A stretch of DNA of 64,000 bases from Azolla caroliniana. Taxonomy: Eukaryota; Plantae; Polypodiophyta. Shown here in pieces: positions 51,333 through 64,000 of the stretch. Below the pieces are notes generated by a model. The model searched no databases and was not told where the DNA came from. It worked only from the letters and a program-made list of their open reading frames with translations. Both the position numbers and the translations under genes were made by a program. The stretch is from NCBI GenBank assembly GCA_043228905.1, contig JBHGNT010000005.1, forward strand, positions 13,764,001 through 13,828,000, given 5' to 3'. Position 1 is the first letter of the stretch, and each line of letters begins with the position of its first letter.

Positions 51333-54300
51333 TGTCGTGAAGAAAACCGTCCCTTGGCGCAATCGGTGAATAGCGCACATGAACCGGCCCTTCACGTGTG
51401 CGCGCTCTTAATGTATATAATAGAGAATTAGGTACATAGAGATATCCTGGGTAGTTAGATTTGGTAGGTAGGAAGTAAATGAGGGAGACGGCTCCCTTCT
51501 GGACGCTATAAAGGAGAGGGAGACACAGGGAAAAGGGATCGCGCATTAAGGAGGACGAAGTGTTGTCGGACCGGAACCGAACGCTTCTCCTCTGTTCGTT
51601 CTCCATCGTTCTTCTCTGCAGGTTTTCGGGAGGCTCGCACTGCTTCGAGGAATGCCCGTGTGCTTCCGGCAGCACCTCCACCCTTTTCTCCTTTCGTGCG
51701 CAGACGAACAGGCATCGACATCTGTTCGCCGGCCTGTTCGGTTGTAACCGCTCGCGTGCGTTGTATTGTATTCTGTTACTCGTTAATATACAAACACTTG
51801 TGTCTCCCTATCTCTGTGTCCCTTCGCGTCTTCTGTGTTGACGGGCCGTGCCCCTGTGTTTCTTACTCATACATGACAGGGCGTCTCTCTCTTTCTCATT
51901 CCCCTTCTATCACGTGCTCTTCGGTCCAAGACCCCGGTGGTCCCGCCTCGTTTCTCCACGCACGCGCGTAGTAACGCGACATATTTGGTGAACCCGACGT
52001 GAAACAAGCGGCAAAGGAGCAGAAGATGAGGGGTTCGGATCTTGCAGAGGCCATGGCTTCGGCCGTGGACCGGATAGTGAGCGCGCGCGAGGGCACCGGC
52101 GCCCTTGATAGGGCTATTGAGGCGATCGTCGGTACGATCGGCCGGTTCAGTGGAAAGGATGCCACGAGTTATTTGGCCTCCTACCGGGCGGAGATGTTGA
52201 TGCGGGATATTCCGGAAGAGAGGCATCTTGCCGGATTCCCTCGAGTGGTGATGCCGGGCATCCATGCGGAGGTGCTCGAGGTCCGGGCGGAGAGCCGGAC
52301 CTGGGAGGAGTTCGAAGGATGGCTCCTAGAGAAATACGGGCTAGATGACGCGCTTCGACTTTCGAAGCGGAGCTTCATGGAGTGGGTGGAGTCCCCCAAC
52401 AAAGGAAGAAATGCGTCGGTACTCCTCCGGGAGTTTGAGGAACGCTTTGCGCGCCTTTCGGCGCTCGATCGGACCGTTCTGGACACAAGTCGTGTCCTGT
52501 TGTTTGTCAAATCGGTTGACGCACGGGATCGGGGGCAAGTTGGCTCCTAACTGGAAACCAAAGACGGGCTGACGGCCGACTGGGCCGCGGTAAAAAGAGT
52601 CTGCGGCCGTTTTGACAAACGGTGGGAGTGAGCTGATACAGAGGCGACCGGGGCGGGACTTGTCGCAGCAAGGAAGCTTGAACTGATACCGCAGGCGCGA
52701 AGGGAAGAGACGCAGGAGTGGCTCGAAACCGGTTCGGCTTCGACCGGCGTGGTCAGAGGCTCGTCCGGGGGAACAACTTTGGAGGAGTTGACACGAGCGG
52801 TAAAGGATCTCCAGATCGCCCAGGCTAGGAGAGAAGGCGGCGATCAGGCTCGTGACCGACGGCCTCCGCCAGGAAGTAGGTGCATGTGGTGCGATGAGGT
52901 CGGCCACATCCGGAAAGACTGTGGGGACTTTATGGAGGCTTTGAGAAGCCGGGTAGTGTACCTGTGGGAAGGTCGGGTGCACGCCAGCGATACCCGGAGG
53001 GCCCTGAACCAAAACGACGGGCGAGGAGGAATGAAAAGGCTGATGGAAGAGGCGGCAGCCCGACACGCAGAGACCGTCCACTACTCAGCGTCAGCCGGTA
53101 TTCGGGTCGGAGGCAGTGAGGCCCGGAAGGAGAGCAAAGCCGAGTTTTGGCCGACGGTGCTGGAAGGCCTCGCTGGTGCCCGACTAAAGAGAGACGAGGC
53201 GGACCACGCGGAGAAGCGGGTCCAGGAGGTAACCGGGTGGAGTGACCCGGTCGAAGAAAAGACGGGTTTCGTCGAAGCGGCTTGCTAGAACTACGAGGCT
53301 CTGGTTGAAGACAAACGGGTAGGTAAACCCAGAGGGGCCGGATCTTCACAGAGATACGAAACCCGATTCGGGCCGAAACGGAACGAGGCCAGTGAGTCCA
53401 GTGCCCGGGATAACCACAAAAAGGGCAGGTACCATTTTGGCACGGAGATGGAAAGGACCACGGACCTACGAAAGGTCCTGGAAGAACGAATCCTCGACAA
53501 CAAGGTGGAATTGTCGTTGCGGGAGGTGCTAGGGATCGCCAAGAAGGAGTTCCACGACTCCATCGTGGACTTGGTGAAGAGGAAGAGGCTGTCAACGGAG
53601 GCAGAACCGGGAAGGCCGGTGGAGGTGCGGACGACGCACATAGAGGACATGGCGCTGAAAGATGAGTTGGCGGAGAGCCACTACTCGAGGCCACAGTGGG
53701 CCTAAGCAACCACGGAAACCCCGGTGAAGATCGGAGATGTTCAGGAACCGGTGGTGGCGCTGGTGAACCACGGTTCGGAATAAACCTGATGTCCATGGAC
53801 TTCTACAAGAAAGGGAAATGGCCGATCAACACTAAGCACGGGTGGAAGATACGGGCGGCGACGCGCGCCACTGAGGAACTACACGGGGCCTGCCCAAACG
53901 TGCGAGTCAAGATCGGCGACGTCGAAATAGAACAACACTTCTTTGTGCAGGAGACGTCCTCGCACCCGGTCATACTGGGAGAACCGTACATTACGGCAGC
54001 GCGAATGGAGACCAAGGTGTTGGACAACGGGTCGGCTTACACGAGGGTCAAGAGTCAGGACGGGCGTCATTCGGTCCAGTTCCTGACGGTGCGACCGAAC
54101 TACGAGCGAAACCGCGAGTCCCTCGGTGGTGAGAACCGAGAGGATTTTTAGAGAGGGCTGCCAAGGCGTGGGGCCGCGACAGTCCGGACACTCTGGGAAA
54201 ACCCCACATATGTACAATAGATGCGAAACCGAAGAAACCTTGTACCATAAGTAGGAAGTTTTGTTTCTCCGAAAACAGAGGGTGTACGATAGTCGGCGTC

Positions 54301-57300
54301 GTTGGCTGAGAAAAGACAAGGGCGGAAGAGCGACTTCGGGCGTGCGGAGTTCTCGGGCCCAACGAGGAAATCTACGGAGCCATGGAGGCGGTCTCCTTCG
54401 ATGATACCTTGGGAATACTGCGAGAGGTGGTCGGAGAGGGCCTTAAAGAGGACCGGCCGATACCGGTTTGTTCAGAAGAAATGTATGAAGTCATCGCGGA
54501 CTTCAGTCGAGGGCTCGAGTCGGATCGGACGGCCCGGGTTAACATGAAGTACAAGACTGTAGACCGGAAGGTAAGGCCAGTCGCGGCACCCTTACCAGAG
54601 GGCAGCGAGTTGCGAATCGAGGGGGTCGCGTCGGACCCCAGTTTACGAGATCCGGCCTGCATAGGGCACGGCACGCCTTCACCGACAAAACGCTACGGGA
54701 GCTCAAAATAGGTGGGGGCGGGTTCCTACTACCGGCGGAAGAAGACCGGTTTTGGAGAATGCTCGGAAGGCACGGGAAAGCCTTCGCATTCTCACCGGAA
54801 GAGATCGGGTGCATAGACTCGACAGTCGTGAAGCCGATGGTGATATTCACGGTACCGCATGTACCATGGAATCTCAAGCCAATTTCGGTACCGAGAGCTC
54901 ACATCCCGGAGCTGATGGAGCTATTGAGGCAGAAAGTCGATATGGGCATCCTCGAACCGTCGAGTGCCCCGTACTCGAACCGGTGGTTTACCGTACCGAA
55001 GAAGAACGGGACGTTGCGCTTCATTCAAGACCTGCAACCGGTCAACAGAGTGACCATTCGGAACGCAGGAATCGGACCAACGATAGACGAGTTCGCGGAG
55101 GCCTTCGCCGGAAGGTCGATCTACTCAGTCGGTGATCTGTACTCGGGGTACGATAAGTTCCAACTAGCCGTAGAGAGCAGAGACATTACGACGATGCGGA
55201 CTCCTCTCGGCCTAGTGCGGATGTGCACCCTGCCACAAGGAGGGATGAACTCGGTGGCCCACATGGTGAATGCAATGAACAAGGTGCTGAGGGATTGTAT
55301 CCCAGACATCACCATGCCATTCTTGGATGACATCCCGATCAAGGGATGTACGGTGGAGGAAAAGGACGAAACGGTTGGACCGGACGGATGCCGGAAATTC
55401 GTGGCGACACACATTGACGACTGCGAGAGGGTGCTGCAGAGGCTAGAGGACGCGAGGCTCACCTTCTCCGGGGAGAAATCGGCCTTCGGGCAATCAGAGA
55501 TCCTGGTCGTCGGACATCTATGCGGGCCGTATGGCCGGAAACCGTCTCCGGCTAAGGTGGAAGCCATCTCCTCAATGAAGCCCGACTGTAACTCGATCAC
55601 GGAGGTACGAAGGTTTTTGGGAGCATGCACGTTCTACCACATATGGATCCCGCATTATGCCCACATTGCCGAGCCGCTATACGGGTTGCTGAAAAAGGGG
55701 CGAAAATTCGAGTGGCGAGACGAGCATGCGGAGTCGGTCCGAAAGATGAAGGAGGCTTTTTCTGCAGCACCGGCACTCCGGAAGGCTGTCTACAAGAAAG
55801 GCACTCCCATCGGTAGATACGAGTCCGACCGGGATCGGATGGGTCGTCAACCAAGAAGATGAGGACGACATTCGGTTCCCAATCCGGTTCGGCGCGAAGG
55901 TCCTCAACGAGCGACAACGAGGATACGCCCAGGTTAAATGCGAAATCTGGGGTATCGTTTCGGCGGTGAAGGCCGATAAAGACTATCTGATCGGGACAGA
56001 AGTGATTATCGAGACGGACTGCCTGCCGATTCTCGGCATGGTTTCCGGATGCGCAACCCCGGACCTGGCGATGCTCAGGTGGATAGCGTACATCAAGTCC
56101 CTGGATCCGGAAATACGACACATTTCCGGGAAAGACAATGCCATGGCCGACATGCTTTCGAGGGCGCGATTCAACGACGAGGGCGGCATGGTTTCGGAGG
56201 ACGAGGAAGTCGGCGTGGACTTCTTCGAGGCGGCTTACGCAACAACCGAGGGAGGGAGCACTCCGGCGCTTAATGATTTCAACGTAAGCAAGTACGACGG
56301 GGAGTGGCTGCAGATTGGGGGATTCTTGAGGACGATCGTGCCGGACGCGTCATGGACAAAGGACGAGGCCAACCGGATTCGGAAGAAAGCATACCGATTC
56401 TTTCTCCGGGACGGATACTTGTGGAAGCACCCGAAGAAGAGAAACGACATCCCGCTTCGAGTAGTGGCGATGAAGGAGGAACAGGAGGAGTTGCTGAAGG
56501 CCTACCACGACAGCCCCTGGGCTGGACACCGTGGGACGTGGGCCACGTTTGAGAAACTAAAGGGGAAGTACTGGTGGCTGGGACTGTACCGGGACGTGCA
56601 TCGGTTCGTGACAACTTGTGAGAGCTGTTAGATGCACTCCATAGTCCGACATCAGGACGAACTTCACCCCACTTACCCTCCGGCCATCCACTTCAAATGG
56701 ATGGTAGATTTGGTGACGATGCCGATGGGCGTAGGGCAGATGCGATATCTAGTGTTGGCCCGGGAGGACCTGACGAACCAGGTGGAAGGCCGAGCCCTGC
56801 AGAACAAAACGACTGCGGCCGTGTGTCAGTTCCTGATCGAGGACGTGATATGCCGGTACGGGTGCGTCAGAAAGATCGTGGCTGACCGCGGGGAGTTGGA
56901 CGCCGAAGAGGCCGAGGAGCTGTTCAACCAGTTAGGGTTCAAGCTCTCACTCACCACAGCGTACAATCCGGAGGCAAACGGGAAGGTAGAGCGCGGGCAT
57001 GGGCCAATCGTCAAAGCGCTAGTCCGGGCATGCGGAGGCCAGGTCGGGAACTAGCCACGGCTGTTACCTTATGCCTTGTGGGCGAACCAGACAACGCACA
57101 GTTCGGTAACCGGGTTCATGCCGTCGGAGCTCATGTTCAGACAGAAGCCGATCATGCCGATGGAACGGACGATCTCCTCTTGGGCGATAGTAGATTGGAG
57201 GGACGAGGTGAGTTGGGAAGAACTGCTAGCGGCACGTATACGGCAGCTCGAGCGGAGGCCAGAGGACGTGGAACGAGCGGCGGAGAGACTTCAAATGGCG

Positions 57301-58339
57301 AGGATGAAGAACAAAGCCCGGTTCGACCGAACGCACTAGCTACGACCGAAGAAAATCGAGGAAGGCGACTGGGTGCTAGTCTACGACAACAGCCTCGACA
57401 ACCAACACCGAGCAGGGCCTTACGTGGTAACGAGTGCCAACGACAACGGGACGTATCACCTGGCGGAACTCGACGGTACGAGGATGGCAATGCCGGTAGT
57501 AGGGAAGCGGATCAAAGCGTTCAAGAAGCGCCACGACGACGAACCGGATCTAAGAGGCCTGGACAGCGAAGATGAATAGTCCAAAACGGAGGGCGAACCG
57601 ATGGACGAAGAAATGGAACCCGGACCGGTTTCTCCAACCAGAACCCAATTTTGGCGCATACCGGTGGATGCGCGGTTAGGTGGGGGCGGATGTCGTGAAG
57701 AAAACCGTCCCTTGGGGCAATCGGTGAATAGCGCACATGAACCGGCCCTTCACGTGTGCGTGCTCTTAATGTATATAATAGAGAATTAGGTACATAGAGA
57801 TATCCTGGGTAGTTAGATTTGGTAGGTAGGAAGTAAATGAGGGAGACGGCTCCCTTCTTGACGCTATAAAGGAGAGGGAGACGCATGGAGAAGGGATCGC
57901 GCATTAAGGAGGACGAAGTTCTGTCGGACCGGAACCAAACGCTTCTCCTCTGTTCGTTCTCCATCGTTCTTCTCTGCAGGTTTTCGGGAGGCTTGCACTG
58001 CTTCGAGGAATGCCTGTGTGCTTCCGGCAGCACCTCCACCCTTTTCTCCTTTCGTGCGCAGACGAACAGGCATCGGCATCTGTTCGCCGGCCTGTTCGGT
58101 TGTAACCGCTCGCGTGCGTTGTATTGTATTCTGTTACTCGTTAATATACAAACACTTGTGTCTCCCTATCTCTGTGTCCCTTCGCGTCTTCTGTGTTGAT
58201 GGGCCGTGCCCCTGTGTTTCTTACTCATACGTGACAGGGCGTCTCTCTCTTTTTCATTCCCCTTCTATCACGTGCTCTTCGGTCCAAGACCCCGGTGGTC
58301 CCGCCTCGTTTCTCCACGCACGCGCGTAGTAACGCGACA
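51333..58339 (+). mobile_element. Ty3/Gypsy element H, full-length, probably the youngest in the window
   Basis: 649-bp LTRs 51333-51981 and 57691-58339 differing at roughly 15 positions by eye; Trp PBS 51986-52003; gag/DUF4100-like, PR, RT, RH, IN with stops/frameshifts; PPT 57678-57690; TSD ACGT/GCGT. Confidence 0.95.
54142..54207 (+). other. Putative -1 frameshift signal, element H
   Basis: GGATTTT 54142-48 + TAG; GGGCTG 54155-60 / CAGTCC 54180-85; GTGGGG 54168-73 / CCCCAC 54202-07; -1 frame equals the frame of ORF 54382 (one TGA at 54307). Confidence 0.75.
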
Positions 58340-61300
58340 GCGTGTATCTACACGAGAATTCACGTCGAATTCCCTCCTTCTATAGATAACTTGTGAACTG
58401 GTTAGGGAAGTACTCCTTCCCCCCATCGGACCGTAGGCATTTGATCTTACGCCCCGTTTCCCTTTCCGCAAGGCTCTTCACCTTCAGGAAACATGCGAAG
58501 ACTTCGTTCTTCTTCTCAATCATACATGCCCACGTGTGCCGAGTGAAGTCGTCGATGGAGTTTACAAAGTAACGGCTTCCACCGAGACTCATGTTTTGTG
58601 CCGGACCCCACACATCCGAATGGATCAAAACCAAGGGACTTCGGCTACGATTACGCTTAGTGGGGAATGGAAGTCGGTGTTGTTTTGCCATCTGACAAGC
58701 TTCGCAGAATTGGGCGTTACAGCCCCAAAATTTCTGCAATCCGAATACGATGTTCTTCGTCTGCATTTCACGAAGCCGTGGGAAATTTACGTGGCCAAAC
58801 CACTTCTGCCATAGGTCGATATCTGATTCGACCTTTTGTCCTTTCGTGTACAACGAGGTTCCGACTTGATTAGTGTCGAGGATAAACATCCTCTCTTCCC
58901 TTGTGTGATCACTTTGCCTTCCTATTCTATAAAGCAGCCAAGATGCGTGAATCGAACCTGCATTCCTTGTTCGACGATTTGACCGACCGACACTAGATTC
59001 TTCGTTATCGTTGGGACATGCAACACGTTCATGAGTTTCCCTTTCTGCCCTACGTGGCTGAGAGGAACTTCGCCGACATGTTCGATGGTATGCGGATTGT
59101 CGTCACCCGTTTCGACCACTCCTCGTGATTCCGGTTTCTCTAAGTACGAGAACCATTCCTCGTGACTCATCATATGATTTGACGCTCCGGAATCAACATA
59201 TGATTTCGAGGTGTTCACGGCCATAGAATTGGCCTTATGCTTCATTACGAAGGCTGGGCCCGATTTGTTTCCGGCCTCTGACGCCTCTCTGCGTAGTGCG
59301 ATCTCTGACGCCTCTCTGTGTCTCTTCAACTCGATCCGGCTTTGTCCGAATCGGCTCGCTTTTTCCAACACTCGCTCTCCTTGTGGCCTTCCTTGCCACA
59401 GTACCAGCAATCCTGCGCGGTCTTCTCTTGCCGTCTTCTGGCGCCGCCATGACTCCCCCTGCTTGCGGAGGGTTCATGATTGCTTCCGGCATCTTGATTA
59501 TGCCGTACATTCTGCTCTTTTTGGCCGCCTCCATTGCGCGCCGATCCGCCTCATCCACCACGACCACGGGGCCAATCATCCTCCGTGTAAAGCATCTTGC
59601 CATCGGCGTGCACACTTGTCGACGCATCTGCGTGGTTTTCTTCTACGAGCCACATTGACTGAAGCTCGAAAAACGAAGGCGTAATCTCCCTCGTGCAGAC
59701 TGCCGTTCGGAAAGGTCCCAACTTTGATGCCAAGCCACCAAGACAAAAATGCACCATTTTATCTTCCTTGACGTTCACGTTGATGGAGGCGAGAGAGTCG
59801 CAGATTTCTTTGATCTTAGTGGTGTAATCAGCCACACACATATCTCTTTGTCGTACATTGCTGAACTCCTATCTAAGCTGTAGCTTTCTAGCCGTTGTGC
59901 TGGCGGTGAAAATCCTTTTGAGATTCGCTCACGCGTCCTTCGGTGTCTTGGCATCCCGAATATAGTTCAAAAGCTGATCGCTCACACAGGACACGAAGCA
60001 GTACAACACTCTACTTGCCGCTTGTTCCCAAGCCGGATAGTCCCTGTGTGTCAAGTCGGGTGCCACATCGTTTGCTCCTTCGACATAACTCCAATAGCCA
60101 TGGCCGAGCAGGTATTGGTGCATCTTGTAAGACCAAGATACGTAGTTGCTTCTGTCAAGCTTTTCAGTCGGAAGTGGGCTTCCCATTCCTCTATCCATAG
60201 TACTATCTTTTTCTTCTCTAAAAACAAACAACTTCAACTTTGTTTCGTCACAAACTTTTCTTATCGGCTGCAAAGGACTTCAACCCTCGCGCTCTAATAC
60301 CATGTAAAAGAATACGTTGTGCGGAAGCATGTGCGTAAACACAGAGTACACAGTTCAGAGGAATAAGACAATTCGGTAATACATAGAAAACGCAGAGATG
60401 GAGATGGAGAGGGAGAGATAGAGAGAGAGAGCAGACAACAGAAAAACTCAGATTCAAAATAATGACACTCTGTTCTGTACATACTTCATGCTCAGTGAGC
60501 ACCTTATATACAAGCCTTGACAATCGGGCTGACACAAGTACTGACAATACTTGACGCTCTTAAATGAGCCGCTACACTCACTCCCAAAATTATTCCTTAC
60601 GAGGAATATCTTTCTAATGGCCTTTCGGTTTACGCACCGATACAACCAAGTTGTATGTACTATTTTACACACTCAGTCTACGCCCGAGTGAGTTTCCAGA
60701 TGCTGAGTTGTTTAAAGTAACAGCCGAAACGGCAGCAAATAGCACTGTAGTCGACGAAGACAAGTGGCTAACTAACATGCATCAATTCCTAAGCCGGGGA
60801 CTCCAACCGGAGGAGATGAACTGGGATGAGCGGAAGCGGTACAAAGCTGCCATTTTTGTTTACTACAGGACAACCTGTACCACAAAGGCGTGGATGGCAT
60901 ATGGCGGCGAGCAGTGCGAAGCGACGAAAAGAACACAATATTACGAGAAGCGCATTGTGGTGTTGCTGGAGGGCACTATGCCGGGGACACTACGACAAGA
61001 AAGATATGGCACAACGGGCTGTGGTGGCCGACGACACTGAAGGACTTGGTTCGGTACGCGAAAGACTGTGATTTATGTCAATGGATGGGCCAACCAACAG
61101 AACAGGCAAGGATGCCTCACCAGTCGGTGCTACCCTTAGAGCCATTTCAGAAATGGGGGCTGGATTTCGTTGGGCCGTTTAAACCTCTGACAATGAGAGC
61201 CGGCAATAGATATGTTATAGTCGCCATCAATTATTACACGATGTGGGTAGAAGCCAAGGCTTTGCAAGACAACACTGCGGCATCAACAACAAAGTTCTTA

Positions 61301-62051
61301 TATGAGTACATCCGGTGCCGGTATGGATGCCCGATCGAGTTAATTAGCGACCAAGGCGGACATTTTCTCGGTCAAATAGTGGAGAGCTTAACAACATTCT
61401 ATGTAGTGGTACACAAGCGTAGTACCCCTTATTATCCATAGGCCAATGGACTGGCCGAATCTACAAACAAAACACTCCAAAACATCCTGTGAAAGATGTT
61501 CGGGATCGGCAGGCCGATACTCGTGTTCCAGAACCAGATGGGTTAGATGCCGGGAAAGCTATGGTTCTGATGGACCGGACCGTATTGATTAACGTGGGAA
61601 TTCCACGGTTCATGCCAGCTCGGAACGCTCGTCGGTGAGATAATGGGCAAATGGGTCAATGTGTTTTGACTCAAATCATATTGTGGACCTACGTCACAGA
61701 ATCCGTTTGAGCAGACGGAGGCTGATGCAACAGTAGGAAGCAAGAAACAAGTACCCGACAAGCAGGCGGAGCTGGCGTTACCGGATAACGACAAACAGGG
61801 GTCAATAAACGTGAATATGGGGAAAAATCGGGATACGGACCCGGTGCTTCTGGTTAACTAAAAACTCAACTGTATCTTAAATAAAATAAAATAAAATAAA
61901 AAGTCATCATGTAGAGGCGAGGAGCGAACGACACTTTGAAAAGGTGTGGTGGGTGGCTAATTAAAGCCCTTTAAAAAACGCGCCACGTGTCAAGCGACTA
62001 CTATATTAGTACAAGACGTGCATGCGCAAGAATCAAGAAAAGGCGCCACGC

Positions 62052-64000
62052 ATGGAGAAAGAAAACCTTCGCCGCGTAGAGTCCCTTTCATTTCGTGAAC
62101 ATAGAGATCTCAACGCACACAGGCCATTACGAGTGATCAGGTGAGAGCACACAGAACACATAGGCGCACCAATCTTACCAACAACTACCGACTCCGACGA
62201 CGACATGGAATGCATGGTACTCTCAGAAGCGGCTAAGAAATTGCTGAAGCAACATGGTCTAGAGGGATTCTTGAGGATAGTCGAAGCACCACCGCACAGA
62301 GATGCGGGAAATGTCGTCAAAGACATCGAGACGGAGGTCATCACCAAGGAAGCCATCCGAGCCTCGATCGACAACCCTTCACAGGAGGTGCTGTTGAGGT
62401 ATTTCGGAGAATACTCCCTAGGCAGCAAGGCGTACCGCACACAAGGCAGTGAAGACCTATTGTTTCGGGAAATTGCTCGGGTACTTCACGAGTATGGTCA
62501 TGTATACCCCCGACCACCGACTATGCCCAGGAATAGAGCCGGTTTGATCAAAGCCACCTACGAGGGAGTACAAGTGGATTGGCCGGTAATGATTGCCGAC
62601 GGCCTGAGCGCTGCCATCGTCTCAATAAAAGATGGCAAAAGGATTTGGACAGCGGTGGTGCAATGGCTCACTCTGTTAGCACCGACGGTGGAGCCCATGA
62701 AACAAAGGAAGAGGGGAAGACCGACAAAATCGACCCCCAAAATAACTTCAAAACGGCAGCAACTCCTGGCTACCTAGGGGAAGGAACGGCGTAATCGGAA
62801 GCGACTAGCAGAGAAGGAGGCATCGGTGGACACCTCGGGGAGACCTTTGAAAATAAAGTTGCGCTTGACGGAACAACAAGTAGAACAGCAGCCGGAGAAA
62901 ACACAGGGGCAGGACCCCTTGGCGGTGTTAATCAATAGCAAGACCCTCGAGGAAGAACAACAGGAAGACGAGCCTACCGAGATGCTGATACGTCGTCGCC
63001 AGACAAGTGAAAAGGGCCACGAAGGGGGGACATCAAGACCAATGGAGGACATTATACTGGAACCCCTTCCTGAGGAGCCGTAGCCTAGGAAGGTGGCAAA
63101 ACTGGCTACACAAGAATTGGGGACGGAGCAATTGGTGCGGCAGGACATTGCGGAACCAGTGGTCTAGGACACGGCAGTACCAGTGGATCAAGAACTGGTC
63201 ATTGAATTGCCGGCGTTGCCGCCGCAACAGCAACAGTCAGAACCGGAGCGGCCGCTTGACGTAACCGTCCATAGTAGGCTCATGGCCAGTAAAAACGCCA
63301 TCCCACGACCAGAACCGGCATGACAACAAGGCACCGGCACTCAATGGCTACAATGGGTAGTAGAACAAGTGACCGGGGTTGTCTGCCAGTTAGAAGCGGA
63401 AGAGAAAGCGCATGAAGACCGGTTGCTAGCCACAAACGAGGAATTAGAGAAGGCCCGGTCAAGAATCCGGAGCGTGGAGGAAGACATAGAGAAGGCCAGA
63501 ACAGAAATGGCCAAGTTGGTCATAGAAGGACCACAACAATCAGAACCAGTGGCTCTGGTAACTTTACAGAACAATCAGACCCCGCTGACTGAGGTAGGCC
63601 CAGATACTCATAAAAGGTCAGCACAAGAGCTCGCCCACATTAAGGGAAGACCTGGCAGCACAAGAAGCCTTACATGCCAGGGAACAAGAATTGAAAAAAG
63701 CGGCGGAGGAGGAACAAAGGAAGACGACCGACAACCTCTGCCGAGCAGAGGAAAGCTTGAGAAGAGGTCATCAAGCATATGACCGGCTGAAAGAAGAGAA
63801 AGACAAACTCCTGCAAGAAAAAGAGAAACTCTGGCGGACGGTGGAAGTGGAGATTGAGCGCCTCAAAGAGGAGCTCCGGAAACAAAAAGACCATGAGGAC
63901 CCTGCTCACCGGCTAATCAATCAAAAGCTAAAACAGAAAACCGACGACTTCGACCAACTGCGCCGGGATTATAAGCATTTGGATGCTGGTAATAAGAAAT
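62052..64000 (+). pseudogene. Extra 3' ORF of element J: globular N-terminus, low-complexity linker, long coiled coil
   Basis: ATG 62052 and ORFs 62205, 62826 and 63369 share one frame, broken by isolated TGA/TAG; E/K/L-rich coiled-coil sequence continues in another frame past ~63670. Confidence 0.65.

Larger units (their letters stand above)
47970..60683 (-). mobile_element. Ty1/Copia element G, near full-length (family of B), hosts Gypsy H
   Basis: 3' LTR 47970-48400, PPT 48401-48413, RH+extension 48395-49180, RT 49510-50499 (YVDD), IN 50523-51332 + 58340-58889, PR (YVDSGASNH), gag to ~60200, PBS TGGTATTAGAGC 60302-60291, truncated 5' LTR 60303-60683. Confidence 0.92.
45253..64000 (+). mobile_element. 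Athila/Tat-like Gypsy element J (gag end, PR, RT, RH 45253-47969; IN 60684-61790; extra ORF to window end), split by Copia G
   Basis: IVNGGSGVNMI, VCVDYRKLN, FPLPF, FLDDF; FPDAELF, HCGVAGGHY, KWGLDFVGP, ISDQG. Linkage of the two halves is inferred from domain order; the junction at 60683 is deleted. Confidence 0.75.

Noticed and set aside
52341-57575. Long antisense and alternate-frame ORFs in element H
   Set aside because: Shadow ORFs of GC-rich coding sequence; not conserved in A, D or E.

Overview
Eukaryotic plant heterochromatin, most likely a moss (Physcomitrium-like; inferred from the DUF4100-like gag, the Tcn1-type RT and the PHT1 sequence, not from a database hit). About 85% of the window is a deeply nested pile of decayed LTR retrotransposons. 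These comprise four related non-chromovirus Ty3/Gypsy elements (A, D, E, H; a tRNA-Trp PBS is visible in D, E and H), four Ty1/Copia elements with an iMet PBS (B, C, F, G), two Athila/Tat-like Gypsy elements (I, J), an LTR-less chromovirus RT/RNaseH piece and several solo LTRs. One intact host gene sits in an ~8 kb island: a PHT1 phosphate transporter (34837-36435, minus strand) with a probable 5'UTR intron and a tandem P1BS pair. The most interesting signals are cis-elements shared by the A/D/E/H Gypsy lineage. (1) A GGAUUUU slippery site + stop + 6-nt spacer + covarying 31-nt stem/pseudoknot lies between protease and RT in all four copies, a candidate -1 ribosomal frameshift. (2) Antisense tRNA-like A/B-box modules sit in the U3 of four LTRs. 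(3) Target-site duplications are 4 bp and CpG-centred. (4) A covarying hairpin lies just before the PPT. Also notable are a long charged extension on the Copia RNaseH and a large coiled-coil extra ORF after the integrase of element J. All alignments, folds and counts were done by eye.
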